Origin: a virus
Taxonomy: Duplodnaviria > Caudoviricetes
Strand: one strand, 5' to 3'
Length of the DNA: 64,000 bases
IMG/VR virus record: IMGVR_UViG_3300037602_000037
Notes under the pieces: generated by a model
What the model was told of the DNA's origin: nothing
The model's database searches: none
What the model saw: only the letters and a program-made list of their open reading frames with translations
Made by a program: the position numbers and the translations under genes
In this document: positions 1 through 10,885 of the stretch, one piece after another
Position numbering within the stretch: the stretch's first letter is position 1
Layout of the letters: every line of letters begins with the position of its first letter

Positions 1-2966
1 TACAACGTAGCAAAGGCGGTAAGAGCACTAGGCAGCGTGTGCGTTAATAGATCAGTTACTTCACCTGAATCGTATACAGTAGAAGTAAAGTCTGGAGTAG
101 CAGACACTTGCCACTGTGAACCGTCGTGTGTATCAGGGTTCTCAGAACCAGTAACAAACGGTGAACTGACCAGAGTAGGAATTAACTTAACGTTGGTTGC
201 GTCGTTAGCGGGTAGCACGTTTGAAGGCTGGTCAACAACTCGGAACACGGCGGAAGTAGCAAATGCAGTAGGTTCGGACCATTCGGACCAAAAACCAAGG
301 CTATCTTGCATACGTCCACGCCAGTAATACACACGGTTATTTTGTAGAAGGTCAGAACCCTGTGGGACGGAGTATGAATCACCTACTTCACCTTCAAGTA
401 TTTGCGTATGCTGGACTGTACCTCCAGAACCTACTATAAAGGCGTAGTCATCAGAAGTATTAAGGGCGATACCCATCATAGTAGCAGTGGAAGCGCCTGC
501 TGGCGGACGAGAAATCCAAGTTTGTCCGCGATTTTCACTAGTTTGAATCTCGCCGTTAGCACCTACAGCTACCACAGTAGTTCCGCGAAGTTTAACTGCT
601 CGGAAAGCTCCTGTATAACTATCGTCAGCATCACGTGATACCCAAGTAGAACCGTAGTCTGACGAAGTTTGAATTTCTCCGTCAGTACCGACTGCTACAG
701 CGTATCCGTTATCATCAATTGCAACAGCGTAGAAAGTACCGCTGAACGATCCAGCAGGAGTTCTTGATACCCAAGTAACACCGTAGTCAGGAGACGTTTG
801 AATTTCTCCGTCAGTACCAACCGCAATAGCCTTACCATTAGACGTCATTGACACAGCGTAGAAAGTACCAGTATACGAACCAGCATTAGTAGCGGTTACC
901 CAAATAACACCATTATTAGTTGATGTTAGAATTGTGCCATCGTCACCGACTGCAACGCCGTAGTTATCAGCAGCAGCAACACCATACAAATTGTCAGTAA
1001 ATCCGTCAACACCTGCAGCTTGCACCCAGTTAACACCGTAGTCAACTGTATGTTGTATACTTCCACTATCACCGACTGCATAAATACGGTTAGAATAGTT
1101 CCAACCCAGTGCATTAATGTCCTTAGTGTCAATTGCAGAAGTTCTCGTAGTAAACGTCTTACCACCGTTATCAGTAGTAAGAATTACAGCCGCGTCACCT
1201 ACTAATACGCCCTTTCTATCATCGTACATTAAGGCATCGGTAAAAGCCGCACTCTGCCCGGACACAGCTTCCCAAGAAATCAAGGGCTCCGTTGACGTAT
1301 CGATTACTACGTCAAAGAAACGACTATCATTAGATATTTGGAAGTGTGCTCCACCTTGGCTTATACCGTACAAGGACAGGAAGTCAGATAGAGTAAGTGT
1401 CGGAGTTTGTGATATATTAACTGCCAAATTAGCAGGAGATACGTTTACTGGTTTATCGACACGTAAGTCATCAGACTGTTCTGGATCAGTATAGAAGGCA
1501 AAATACTTTACTTTTTCAACTACTTCAGGATCACCTTCATAAAATACGCGAACATCAAAGTCCTTACGGTTAACAGGAATGGAGTATAATTCTTCACTCC
1601 ATTCAGGTTCGTGAGCAACACCTTGAGTGTTAAGTATCTTAGCCTTTACCCAAGTGTCAGTACCTGTTTCGCGGTAGTAAACTTGGAATAGACCAGTACC
1701 GTAAGCGTCACGGCGTATAAGAACAATGCCTTTATTCCACTTACGTAATACTGAAATACCTTCAGCAATGTAAACTTGGTCGCCCTTTACTTCTGCGTAA
1801 CCTTCTTTAATATCAAAAGAAGTAGGTCCAATCTTAGCGCCAGCGTCAATAGTATATGTAGTTCCAAAAGTAGATGTTATACGCAAAGTTGTACTGCTGG
1901 GCTTATTCAAGATAGTTACTTCTTCAACAAGTCCTTCATCAGTAAATATAGCATAAGTAGAACCTACTTCAAACGGATAGGAGTTGGGCACGGTAATAGT
2001 ATCATCACCGGACGTAGTTCCGACTGCCATAGCTTCAAATGAGCGCTGGTTATAACGAGGATTAGAAACAAAGAAATCCCAAGCGTAACCTTCGTCATTT
2101 AATCGCCAGCTTTCCCAAAGTGCGCGTTTAACAAGAGTAGTCTCGGAAGTATCAGAAGAAAACTCAATATCTAACCAATTATTATCTATACGAGCTTTCA
2201 GATTATCAAGAGAAGGCTGTCTCCACCATGAACCCTCAATAGGGTTAACTGGTTCGATATCATCAATGTATACTTCGTTACCCCCACCTACTGCTATATA
2301 GGCAGTTCCAGACCACATGCGAAGCTTACGATTATCATCGTCAGATGCATCTATAAACATCTGAGGGCCAGGTACAGAAGGAATGTTATCGGATAGTACA
2401 GGAATACCAATTGGATTATACGTATTGTTTTCTGTATTCCAAATGTAGTACGTATTATTATGATGTATTATTGGATCACCTTCCTCGTTAGGAATGTCAT
2501 CCACATCTTGAACGTCGCCTAAGTTGAAACCACTGTTAAGAATATCAACAAAAGCTTGTTTAAGGCTCAAGTTAACAAGTAACCTGGAAGGGTTAAGCGG
2601 GTCAATTGACGGACTACCAATAGTTATGGAGCCGTTAGGGGATTGTAAGGAGACGTTTCCGAATTGACCATTATTAAGATGGTAAGCAAAACCAGCCGCT
2701 TTAACCATAGTTTTAGGTTCAACACCGTCAATCTTACCACCGGTGTAAAGTGAAAGATTACGAAGTTTGAAATCGGTTATGTTTGGAAACTCGAAAGAAC
2801 CCGACGATTTATTAGTCGGTACTTTTGGTGGTGTAGAAGTGTCGTCACCAACTCTAAAAGTTTTGGTGTCAATGTCGTAACCAATAACACCTAGGGAAAG
2901 TGCTGGGGTCTGCAAAGACGAACCCAGCATAGCAGCTATGTGATATTTATATCCGTTCAGAGCCAT
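1..2966 (-). CDS. Large virion fibre/adhesin-like protein with Asp-box (BNR) beta-propeller and Fn3-like domains; 3' end runs off the window
   Basis: Absent from the ORF track because it has no stop in the window. Hand translation from ATG 2966 (MALNGYKYHIAAMLG...) reads open to position 3. It contains ~43-aa repeats AVGxDGEIQTSxDyGxTW and the Fn3-like YYWRGRMQDSLGFWSEWSEP, and lies downstream of the baseplate genes. Confidence 0.8.
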   Translation of the reverse strand, partial: MALNGYKYHIAAMLGSSLQTPALSLGVIGYDIDTKTFRVGDDTSTPPKVPTNKSSGSFEFPNITDFKLRNLSLYTGGKIDGVEPKTMVKAAGFAYHLNNGQFGNVSLQSPNGSITIGSPSIDPLNPSRLLVNLSLKQAFVDILNSGFNLGDVQDVDDIPNEEGDPIIHHNNTYYIWNTENNTYNPIGIPVLSDNIPSVPGPQMFIDASDDDNRKLRMWSGTAYIAVGGGNEVYIDDIEPVNPIEGSWWRQPSLDNLKARIDNNWLDIEFSSDTSETTLVKRALWESWRLNDEGYAWDFFVSNPRYNQRSFEAMAVGTTSGDDTITVPNSYPFEVGSTYAIFTDEGLVEEVTILNKPSSTTLRITSTFGTTYTIDAGAKIGPTSFDIKEGYAEVKGDQVYIAEGISVLRKWNKGIVLIRRDAYGTGLFQVYYRETGTDTWVKAKILNTQGVAHEPEWSEELYSIPVNRKDFDVRVFYEGDPEVVEKVKYFAFYTDPEQSDDLRVDKPVNVSPANLAVNISQTPTLTLSDFLSLYGISQGGAHFQISNDSRFFDVVIDTSTEPLISWEAVSGQSAAFTDALMYDDRKGVLVGDAAVILTTDNGGKTFTTRTSAIDTKDINALGWNYSNRIYAVGDSGSIQHTVDYGVNWVQAAGVDGFTDNLYGVAAADNYGVAVGDDGTILTSTNNGVIWVTATNAGSYTGTFYAVSMTSNGKAIAVGTDGEIQTSPDYGVTWVSRTPAGSFSGTFYAVAIDDNGYAVAVGTDGEIQTSSDYGSTWVSRDADDSYTGAFRAVKLRGTTVVAVGANGEIQTSENRGQTWISRPPAGASTATMMGIALNTSDDYAFIVGSGGTVQHTQILEGEVGDSYSVPQGSDLLQNNRVYYWRGRMQDSLGFWSEWSEPTAFATSAVFRVVDQPSNVLPANDATNVKLIPTLVSSPFVTGSENPDTHDGSQWQVSATPDFTSTVYDSGEVTDLLTHTLPSALTAFATL
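500..1250 (-). repeat. Coding tandem repeats (~129 bp period) encoding beta-propeller blades
   Basis: gtttgaatttctccgtcagtacc occurs at ~667 and ~796, and cagcgtagaaagtacc at ~725 and ~855; these translate to Asp-box repeats. Boundaries approximate. Confidence 0.75.
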
Positions 2967-2981
2967 AAGTAAACTACCTTA

Positions 2982-4166
2982 TTAAGTTGTTGGGTTAATG
3001 AAGTACGCGGCGTATTTCAATACGCTACCATCTACATCAACAAGGTCTGGTATTTCGACTTCAAAGCCAGTAGAGTCTAGTCCTGTAACCGAAGGTGTTC
3101 CATCCGTAGGATTAACTATACTCACTTTATTAGGGGTAACGACTGTATTGTTCAATTGAACAGTCTGTACGTCAGAATCATCTATAATGAACACTCTACC
3201 TTCTTGGTATAAGTCCGATACTAAAACATTCTCAGCTTGCTTAGACCTTTTCTCATAAGTAATAGCAGTAGAACCTTTGTTAACCTGCAAGGCACCAATT
3301 TTCCAGTTAATAGGATCTTCAGAGCCTGAACTCGGTTCACTTAGTACGTCTATAGCCCACCAAGTAGGAGTACCTGCAGGCATAAAGACAGGTATTTCTG
3401 CTCTAGCCCAATCTCCGGTACCAGTTATCTGAGCTGTTAAGATATTACTATTTGTGGATGATAGTATCTTAACGTTACTTACTTCATCTTCAGGTGCTTT
3501 GTAGTCGAAACTCACAACAATCTGGCTAGATACTACGAAATTATAGTCGAAGAAGAAGGTACGTACCCCACAATCATCACTAAAGTTACTTGCTGTAACT
3601 GATAAAACTCGGTCCATAGAACCTACTGTAGTATCAACATCAATTTCATCGAATTGAACAGATAGACTTCCATTACTGGTATCGGTACACCAAATTAACC
3701 AGTTAGGAGCGAATAGATGGATATTATCTGTGCCAGGATCTGTTTGGAAAGTTACCTTATGATCAACATTTCTTTTAATGGAGAAATTACCATTAACAGC
3801 AAGGTTTCTAGTAGTAGCTACCGTTGTAACTTCCTCAGGAACTAAATTAATCTTTGACCCATTTATACCTAATGAAGCAATAACAGCTCCAGATATCCTA
3901 TGTTTAATATCAAGTTGGTCTTGATTACTCCAATCTAAAACTAGATTGTTTACGTCCCCATTAATTTTCTCTCTACCCGTAAGATACTCATTAGTACCAA
4001 TAATTGTTAACTCGTCGTCCACTTCTGGTAAAAACTGAAATTTTACACCATCAGATATTACACTAATGCCAAGTCTACGGCGTTCGTCATCGTAAAATAA
4101 TTCACCTTCTAACACCAAATCATCAACTTCTTGTGGGTTATACCTTCTAACTTGTACCCTATACAT
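2982..4166 (-). CDS. Tail/baseplate-associated structural protein with a carbohydrate-binding-like beta domain
   Basis: 394 aa, beta-rich, NLAVNGNF and QVNKGSTAITYE motifs typical of tail-fibre CBM-like domains; synteny. Confidence 0.55.
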   Translation of the reverse strand: MYRVQVRRYNPQEVDDLVLEGELFYDDERRRLGISVISDGVKFQFLPEVDDELTIIGTNEYLTGREKINGDVNNLVLDWSNQDQLDIKHRISGAVIASLGINGSKINLVPEEVTTVATTRNLAVNGNFSIKRNVDHKVTFQTDPGTDNIHLFAPNWLIWCTDTSNGSLSVQFDEIDVDTTVGSMDRVLSVTASNFSDDCGVRTFFFDYNFVVSSQIVVSFDYKAPEDEVSNVKILSSTNSNILTAQITGTGDWARAEIPVFMPAGTPTWWAIDVLSEPSSGSEDPINWKIGALQVNKGSTAITYEKRSKQAENVLVSDLYQEGRVFIIDDSDVQTVQLNNTVVTPNKVSIVNPTDGTPSVTGLDSTGFEVEIPDLVDVDGSVLKYAAYFINPTT

Positions 4167-5002
4167 TATTCATCTCCTGGGTAATTAATTCCACCGATAA
4201 CAAAATCAGTGTTACTAAATTCATGTTCGTAGGATGCGCCACCAATTGTACCAGCGTATTCACTGGGGTCAGAAGTGTAAAAACCTCCAGAAATTATAGG
4301 AGTAGGATCTGGTTTATATCCATCCCCTGAATTACCACCGTCAATAATACCGAACTTAGGGCTTCTAAAGTTTTGGGTCATAGGCATACCCCAGTAAGAC
4401 CCATCGGCTTTCTTTGAAACCATAACAGGGGAACCAGTACGGGAGTCTAAGTTAACCATGAATTGGTTATAGGGGTTCAACTCTGTGGCTGGAACATTAG
4501 CTTCCGTATCGTAGAAGGCCAAGCTAGAAAACTCTGGCGATACCACATTTATACTCAATGTTTCGCCGAATATAGAATGTTTGACTTCCACGTTCACAAT
4601 AAAACGGGTACCAGGAGTAGGTGGCTCTAATGAATTTTCAATGTTAGGTTCACTACGTTTCTTTTCAATAAGAAAAGGAAATGCAACTAAAATAAACGGA
4701 ATTTTAACCCCGTCTAGATTAGTACCATACACCAAAATATTACCCATATTGAAGTTACCTGCACTTTCTGGTATAACAAGAGAATGCCTTACAGTATCTT
4801 CTTCAATTTGTTTAGACGCAACTAAACCGCTAAGCCCGGTAAATACCTTAGTACCGCGTAATCCGGTATCAGCGGAAGAAGGTATAAACCCAGCTACGTT
4901 ACCAATTTCAAATGAATGAACTGACACAGCGCTAAATCCGGTTAACGCGCCAGAAATCAATGATTTACCAGTATGCAAAAATGATGCTAAAATATCAGCC
5001 AT
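4166..5002 (-). CDS. Baseplate/tail-fibre attachment protein
   Basis: N-terminus (TGKSLI...HSFEIGN...FNMGNILVY) resembles tail-collar fibre N-domains; paralog of 5065-5691. Confidence 0.55.
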   Translation of the reverse strand: MADILASFLHTGKSLISGALTGFSAVSVHSFEIGNVAGFIPSSADTGLRGTKVFTGLSGLVASKQIEEDTVRHSLVIPESAGNFNMGNILVYGTNLDGVKIPFILVAFPFLIEKKRSEPNIENSLEPPTPGTRFIVNVEVKHSIFGETLSINVVSPEFSSLAFYDTEANVPATELNPYNQFMVNLDSRTGSPVMVSKKADGSYWGMPMTQNFRSPKFGIIDGGNSGDGYKPDPTPIISGGFYTSDPSEYAGTIGGASYEHEFSNTDFVIGGINYPGDE

Positions 5003-5064
5003 TTTCTACCTCTTTTAATTTAAACAGAATTAGAGAATAGGTTTGTAGATTTTACCAAAGTATA

Positions 5065-5691
5065 CTATTCTTCTGGTATTCCCATATTATCGAAATCGTA
5101 TACGAACGGGGAACCCCAAAACATTCTTCCAGACTGAACTACAAAAGCGGGAGTTTTTGAACGACCGTCTCGTTCTATAAATATTTGATCAGCATCCTCT
5201 TGCCAAGGCCATCTAGTTAATGCGTCATCTGTTTCAAATCTAGCGAAGGTAGCAACATCTTCAGACAGGTTTGATAAATCAAATCTATCCAATAGATTAG
5301 GTATATTGAGAATTAAGCGGAACACCATAATTGAACCCGCTGTAGAAGAACTGCTTTTGTACTTTGGTATTGTTCTATAGTTGTTTATTCCACCTATCAA
5401 TGGAACTTCATCATTAGCGTATATAACAATATTACCTACTTGAATTTCATCGGCAGTTCTTGGAACTTCTAGTTTAAGTAATATTTCAGAGTCGTGTCTG
5501 GGAGTGTACTTAATTTGAGATTCCGCTCCGGTATAGACTGTATCTCCTATTGGTATAGTAGAAGCACGCGGCATAACTTCACCAATAGCATTACCTAACT
5601 TAAAAGAAGTTATCTGTATTGGATCTTCTTCATCGAGAGCTTGCAAGTTAAGCAGCTGAGCTCCAGTATCTAGTAAAACTATATGTTCCAT
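5065..5691 (-). CDS. Baseplate/tail-fibre attachment protein (paralog of 4166-5002)
   Basis: Aligns by eye: ITSFKLGN/VHSFEIGN, VGNIVIY/MGNILVY, GRSKTP/SRTGSP, FWGSP/YWGMP. Confidence 0.55.
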   Translation of the reverse strand: MEHIVLLDTGAQLLNLQALDEEDPIQITSFKLGNAIGEVMPRASTIPIGDTVYTGAESQIKYTPRHDSEILLKLEVPRTADEIQVGNIVIYANDEVPLIGGINNYRTIPKYKSSSSTAGSIMVFRLILNIPNLLDRFDLSNLSEDVATFARFETDDALTRWPWQEDADQIFIERDGRSKTPAFVVQSGRMFWGSPFVYDFDNMGIPEE

Positions 5692-6623
5692 TATAAGTTC
5701 CTTGGGTCAAGTTCTTCAAGACTATTATCTAGTAAAAGCACTCCAGCAATATTTGAATCTAGTCCGACTGTGGGTGCAGATAACGATGCTTCAAGAAAAA
5801 TGTTGGGTGTCCACGTGTAGTTCATTCCAATATTTGGGTCTATATGTCCTATAACTCCCGCACCTACTTCAATCTCTGCGGTAGCTGCTCCTATTATTCT
5901 CTCAAGCACTAAGTGTATAGGAGCAAGTAAATAGAACATACGAATTAGATCACTAAGATCAGCGTTAGGACTAAATATTACATCGTATTCTATTTCAACA
6001 TGCGAAGTTGGGTAGTGAGAACCACCTTCCCATACTGGAGTAAATTCATCTTGCAGCTGTTCTAATATTTTGTGGTAGTTAAAAGCAGGATTACTACTAG
6101 TAGCGTTATCACCTAGATCTACTGTCCATAACTGACGCATTTGGAGTCGCAAGTTTTTTACAAATCCAATAAAGTGTACAAATTCAGGTGTACCACTTTT
6201 AGGCCAGTAAGTAGAGACATAGTCAAATACTCTAGCGTAATCTTCATCAGTTAATTTTTCTGAGTAGTAGTCAAAACCCTGTAAAACCGAACCGTCAATA
6301 AGAGTTTTGCGAGATTGCAAAGCCCGGCGTCTTTGAGTTATGATAGTGTTATCGTCTAATTGAACGGTTATATCATCTTTAGGTTCCCCGTTTTCCATAA
6401 CTCTTTCAACATGAGCTACCTTACCGTAACCATTATTTGTGTTAATGTAATCCCCGCGTTTTATGTGAGTACTAGAGCGACTACGTACTAACTGGGATAA
6501 CGGTTCTCCAACATGTTTATCAATCTTTTCAGCTATTACTTCAAACAGAGCTACGTAGTACTCATTTTCACGTAAGTTTTCATTTAAGTACCGTATGTAA
6601 TCAGGTTTATTCTTTTTTCGCAT
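5691..6623 (-). CDS. Baseplate wedge subunit (P2 gpI/T4 gp7-like)
   Basis: Position after J-like gene; YWPKSGT...FYLLAPIHLVL pattern. Confidence 0.6.
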   Translation of the reverse strand: MRKKNKPDYIRYLNENLRENEYYVALFEVIAEKIDKHVGEPLSQLVRSRSSTHIKRGDYINTNNGYGKVAHVERVMENGEPKDDITVQLDDNTIITQRRRALQSRKTLIDGSVLQGFDYYSEKLTDEDYARVFDYVSTYWPKSGTPEFVHFIGFVKNLRLQMRQLWTVDLGDNATSSNPAFNYHKILEQLQDEFTPVWEGGSHYPTSHVEIEYDVIFSPNADLSDLIRMFYLLAPIHLVLERIIGAATAEIEVGAGVIGHIDPNIGMNYTWTPNIFLEASLSAPTVGLDSNIAGVLLLDNSLEELDPRNL

Positions 6624-8287
6624 TACAGTATCACTCCCGTGGATATATCCCTGCGTTGTAATACTCGTCTAGTAGTATAATTCATATTTAGAATTACTTT
6701 ATTAATCTTTATGAAGTACCAATAGTCAGCTATTATATCACCGTTAGTTCGTATTCCGTAAAGACTGGTATCCAGTAAGCTAGTATTAAATCCTATATCG
6801 TAGGATAATACTACATTGTCCACATAGGACACCGCATTTTGAGTGTTAGTATCAGATAATGATCCTTCTAACATAGCATATATGTCTGAGTTGTATAAGG
6901 AATAACCAATACTACCTTGCTTGGGGTTGTTAAAGTCTAAAATAGAATTGATTATTTTAGGTTTGACTGTAGTTAAATCAGTATTTTCATTGCAGTAAAC
7001 ATTTGCTTCAATATTTACAGGAACTATTAAAGGGTCTTTACGCAGCAATGTTACTTGGTAAATAGCATTAGCGTTCATGTAATTTGAAAATTCAGTCCAT
7101 TCATTCTCAGTTAGAGATTTACTTTCGGACGTTAGCACAGTAGCTTCTACCACGTTTATCCAATTGCGCTTATTAGGTGCTATCTCGGCCTGCCCACGAA
7201 ATAAAGCATCCCGTATTTTAGGGTACTGTAGAGCTACAGTTACGTAAGATGATCTAGTAACAGCAACTTCGTTTGATGCTCTAATCTGAGCGCCAACATT
7301 TTGGTAAGTTTCTAGAGGCAGTTCATCGTCAAAACCATAAATACCACTTAAAACATAACCGTTAACATCTAACGGCAAACTGTTATTGGTAAATTCAGAT
7401 ATAGTGTTAATAGAAGGTGTCGCGTTACCTAAAGTTTCAGCCCAAATTATTTTAATTTCATCGTCTTTATCCGGGCGTTTACCATATGCATTATTACCAA
7501 ATTGTACTAGCACATTGCCTGTATCAAGAGTTTTAGAAATGAAAACCTTTTCATTTTTACCAACCATCCAAGGTCTAAGTGATTTATTATTACTCCACTC
7601 TATATCATTTACATATACGTACACGTCTTCATCAGATATGTTGTAATTTTCATACCCAATTTCTACTTTTTCATACGGGATACCTTCCGCCGTACCTTCC
7701 ATAGTGAAGATATTACCCTGTACCAGTTCCACATCTTTATACGTTTCATAAACGGTAAACACAATATCTTTTCTGTTGAAAAAATTAGTTCCATCTATAA
7801 CAAACGATGTAAAGGCTGGTATAGTAAAAGGATTATCATGATCCGGTATGGATAACCGTACTTTAATTTTAGCTGGTACTTTCCTACGCAGCGGAACCCC
7901 TAGAAAATTCATAGCGGCGTAAACAGTTTCTTTAGAAGAACCAGGTAGCATGAACGCATTTTGGTTAGCCCTAACCATGCCGTAGTTTAAGTGCGCAATA
8001 CCGGCGGCAATATTACGCATAAGAGTTTGACCTACAGCAGTTTGGGAGGTATCAGACCAAGCTGTATTGCTTTGAAGAGATTGCATGAACTGTAGAAGAA
8101 TACCAGGGAAATCAATGATTTCGCTGTTTAATGTCAATTCATCGGGAATTGTATCTACAAAAGCTTGCTGCAACACAGTTTCTAATTCAGAACGATTGAC
8201 ATAGTTAAATACTTGAGGTGCTTGAACCGCCACATGGTCAAGCGCCGATTTTATCATAACATTTACTGTATGTAAGTTATCAGTCAT
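6623..8287 (-). CDS. Baseplate wedge protein, J/gp6-like
   Basis: PAKIKVRL, IPAFTSF, VQFGNNAYGKRP and AVTRSSY motifs of gp6/J family. Confidence 0.85.
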   Translation of the reverse strand: MTDNLHTVNVMIKSALDHVAVQAPQVFNYVNRSELETVLQQAFVDTIPDELTLNSEIIDFPGILLQFMQSLQSNTAWSDTSQTAVGQTLMRNIAAGIAHLNYGMVRANQNAFMLPGSSKETVYAAMNFLGVPLRRKVPAKIKVRLSIPDHDNPFTIPAFTSFVIDGTNFFNRKDIVFTVYETYKDVELVQGNIFTMEGTAEGIPYEKVEIGYENYNISDEDVYVYVNDIEWSNNKSLRPWMVGKNEKVFISKTLDTGNVLVQFGNNAYGKRPDKDDEIKIIWAETLGNATPSINTISEFTNNSLPLDVNGYVLSGIYGFDDELPLETYQNVGAQIRASNEVAVTRSSYVTVALQYPKIRDALFRGQAEIAPNKRNWINVVEATVLTSESKSLTENEWTEFSNYMNANAIYQVTLLRKDPLIVPVNIEANVYCNENTDLTTVKPKIINSILDFNNPKQGSIGYSLYNSDIYAMLEGSLSDTNTQNAVSYVDNVVLSYDIGFNTSLLDTSLYGIRTNGDIIADYWYFIKINKVILNMNYTTRRVLQRRDISTGVIL

Positions 8288-8289
8288 GC

Positions 8290-8724
8290 TTACGCTCCGA
8301 ATTCAAATGAGTAAACTTTTAAGGTAGAATCGGTTATTTTTAGATAAGGTAAAGTTGCTAAATAGAAATCCGAGTCAACATATGGCGTTATTCTTGGGTT
8401 AATTAAAAGGATTTTATTACCTAACCATTTACGAATTGCTAATATAACATCCGTTTCCATTAAATAGGCTGTTAAATCACCTATGGGGTCCATTAGTCTA
8501 AATGGTAGATTGGAACCATATGTAGGTTCAAAATCTTCTGTACCAATAGGAGTTGATAGTAAATGTCGTATTTGCTTACGTAAAGCTTCGTCGTCCTCTA
8601 CCAAAATATTATTGTTATTCAGAAGAGCGTAGTCAGGGTTAACGTCTCTGATTATAACAGATTTTGCTAAAGTTGCAGATTTTACATTAGGTCTTGATTG
8701 ATGTACCCAATCATTATAAGCCAT
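8290..8724 (-). CDS. Baseplate gp25/gpW-like sheath initiator
   Basis: IRHLLSTPIGT.DFEPTYGSNL motif. Confidence 0.85.
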   Translation of the reverse strand: MAYNDWVHQSRPNVKSATLAKSVIIRDVNPDYALLNNNNILVEDDEALRKQIRHLLSTPIGTEDFEPTYGSNLPFRLMDPIGDLTAYLMETDVILAIRKWLGNKILLINPRITPYVDSDFYLATLPYLKITDSTLKVYSFEFGA

Positions 8725-8726
8725 AC

Positions 8727-9392
8727 TTACGCTCCGGTTTTACCTTCTTGGGAAGGTATCTGAGGTCTGGGTCTTTCCGTGGTGCTAGTAGCTTGTGCTC
8801 CACCGTTTATATTAACGTTGGCTCCATCTATATTGCAATCACCTTTAGCTACTATATTTATGTTACCTTGAGCACCAAGATTAAAATCAGCGGCTGAAGC
8901 AATACTAATTGTGCCATTAGCATCAATATGTATTGTAGTGCCAGATTTATGTATATCGGTTTTAGTGTTCTTTTCTACGTTTACTGAACTTCTATTACCA
9001 GCTGCGTCAACAGTACCACGCGTATGGGGATAATCTTCTTTTAGAAGTTCATTATCTTTGCTAACGTCATCAGTAGAAGGTGACCCAGAATATCTAGGAT
9101 TATGGGGATCGTTTTCGTCAAAACGAACGTATAGCTTACTACCAATAGGTGGTATATTAACTCCTCCAACACCCGCACCAGCATTACTATAGCTGTTAAA
9201 TGTTACGTCAGGAATACTCCAAGGTAAGTCTTCATCAGAAATATTTCTGTGTAGCATAGGTATACGTATTTGAACTCGTTGACGTTGTTTTTTATCATCT
9301 TCATCCACATTATTAACCACAAAGCCAACCATATTATTTGATTTGACTTGGGGTCTAGTAAAATCCGTTAGTGGATTACCCATCATAGGCAT
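8727..9392 (-). CDS. Baseplate central spike (gp5/gpV-like)
   Basis: OB-fold GFVVNN.D...RVQIRIP...LPW...PPIGS.LYV.F; HKSGTTIHID beta-helix. Confidence 0.85.
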   Translation of the reverse strand: MPMMGNPLTDFTRPQVKSNNMVGFVVNNVDEDDKKQRQRVQIRIPMLHRNISDEDLPWSIPDVTFNSYSNAGAGVGGVNIPPIGSKLYVRFDENDPHNPRYSGSPSTDDVSKDNELLKEDYPHTRGTVDAAGNRSSVNVEKNTKTDIHKSGTTIHIDANGTISIASAADFNLGAQGNINIVAKGDCNIDGANVNINGGAQATSTTERPRPQIPSQEGKTGA

Positions 9393-9394
9393 AG

Positions 9395-10504
9395 TTAAAC
9401 ACCTCCAGGGGCTTGCGCAGTTAACACAAGTTTTTCTAAGTACCTATTATTTTGAATTAACTTAGTGGATGCAGTTATAATGTACTTACCAGTTAACTCT
9501 AAAGCTTCGCCTTGAGTAGCTGGATCCCATCCTTTAAATTCTACTACATCCAATAAGTCTACACCCGATACTACGTTAGTAAGTAGCTCAATGTCATACG
9601 CAAATGTCGCTTTGATACGAGGGTTCTGGTGTATAGCATCATTCCATTTTTCGTGTGTGTTACCCGACAACGGAGGCAAGAAATTAATGCGACTACCAAG
9701 GTCACCAATAGCATCTTGTATAGAAGATGAAACAGAATTAGCTGCTGACATCATAGCCATTTGAATCTTATTAGCCTCAAACATAGAGCCATCTTCTTTT
9801 AACCCTATAGAACTAGTTCCGTAACCGTGACCAGAGTTACTAGCAAGTGATTTGGGCGTCGTTGCATAAGTAAGAATAGGTAGACCGGAGTTGTCGTATG
9901 TGAATCTAGCTTTAGGTCCAGACTTAGACAGTTTTTCTAAGTCTTTGAATTTTAAAACACCTGTATCAGTAACAGCTTGAATCATGGACGTAGCTTCTCC
10001 TGCGAAACTCTTAGAAGCTACGTGCTTAAGATACTGCGCGATAGTTGTTCCATTAGGGAGCCAATTCATAAAATCTTTTGTGGTATCAGCGTCAACTTTC
10101 AAACCTACCATACCGCCTATTTCGTTAAATACATCAGCGGAAGTACCCTTAACATTTTTATCAATAACTTTTTTCATATAACCAATTTTATCAAGAACAG
10201 CATTTACGCCAATTGCTGTGTATGTTCCCGAAGGAGCTATTTTAGGTTGGCCCATACTTTTAAAGTTCAAGGTAGGGTTCATTGATCTAATACCAGTACC
10301 TATGTCAATAGAAATAGGAGTACCGTCAAAAATTGGATTGTTTCTAAATATGGAGGCACTATCTTTGAAAGCGAAGTTAAAACTAGGTAAATATTGATGT
10401 ATATTGTTTATTATATATAAGTGTGATATTATACTAGAATTTATACGCAAATCAGAACCGTTGGCTCTGATTTCTAAAGCGTACTGACCATCAATACCTT
10501 GCAT
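9395..10504 (-). CDS. Baseplate hub protein (gp27/gpD-like)
   Basis: Size, synteny between LysM-like gene and spike, LTGKYIIT C-terminal motif. Confidence 0.6.
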   Translation of the reverse strand: MQGIDGQYALEIRANGSDLRINSSIISHLYIINNIHQYLPSFNFAFKDSASIFRNNPIFDGTPISIDIGTGIRSMNPTLNFKSMGQPKIAPSGTYTAIGVNAVLDKIGYMKKVIDKNVKGTSADVFNEIGGMVGLKVDADTTKDFMNWLPNGTTIAQYLKHVASKSFAGEATSMIQAVTDTGVLKFKDLEKLSKSGPKARFTYDNSGLPILTYATTPKSLASNSGHGYGTSSIGLKEDGSMFEANKIQMAMMSAANSVSSSIQDAIGDLGSRINFLPPLSGNTHEKWNDAIHQNPRIKATFAYDIELLTNVVSGVDLLDVVEFKGWDPATQGEALELTGKYIITASTKLIQNNRYLEKLVLTAQAPGGV

Positions 10505-10513
10505 AGTTATACC

Positions 10514-10885
10514 TCAAAATGTAATTACTTTACCTGATAATGATTCCTTACTATCAGATTTTATAATAGAAATTATTCCATTTACGTCCGGTACGTAAAA
10601 TACTTCCCCAGTAGGTATTTCATGGGGGTGTATATAGTCAGAACATGCTACTATTACAGGCCATAATGCTGTAGTGCCCCAAATCTCAAAAGACAGCGTA
10701 GTTACAGGCTTTGAGTTACTGTACTCAACTCTAATAGGTCTCGGTAGTTGCAAAATACTAGTAAATTTTTTACCAAACGGAGTTATTAACCCGCTATTAC
10801 CTTCAAGTAAATTTTGCAAGAGAACATCTGGGGCAGTATAGGTAGCAATAGACGTGTAAACTGCTCCTTGCTTCTTAGTAATCAT
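10514..10885 (-). CDS. Baseplate LysM-like protein (gp53/gpX-like)
   Basis: LSFEIWGTTALWPVI...P.EIPTGEVFYVP. Confidence 0.75.
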   Translation of the reverse strand: MITKKQGAVYTSIATYTAPDVLLQNLLEGNSGLITPFGKKFTSILQLPRPIRVEYSNSKPVTTLSFEIWGTTALWPVIVACSDYIHPHEIPTGEVFYVPDVNGIISIIKSDSKESLSGKVITF

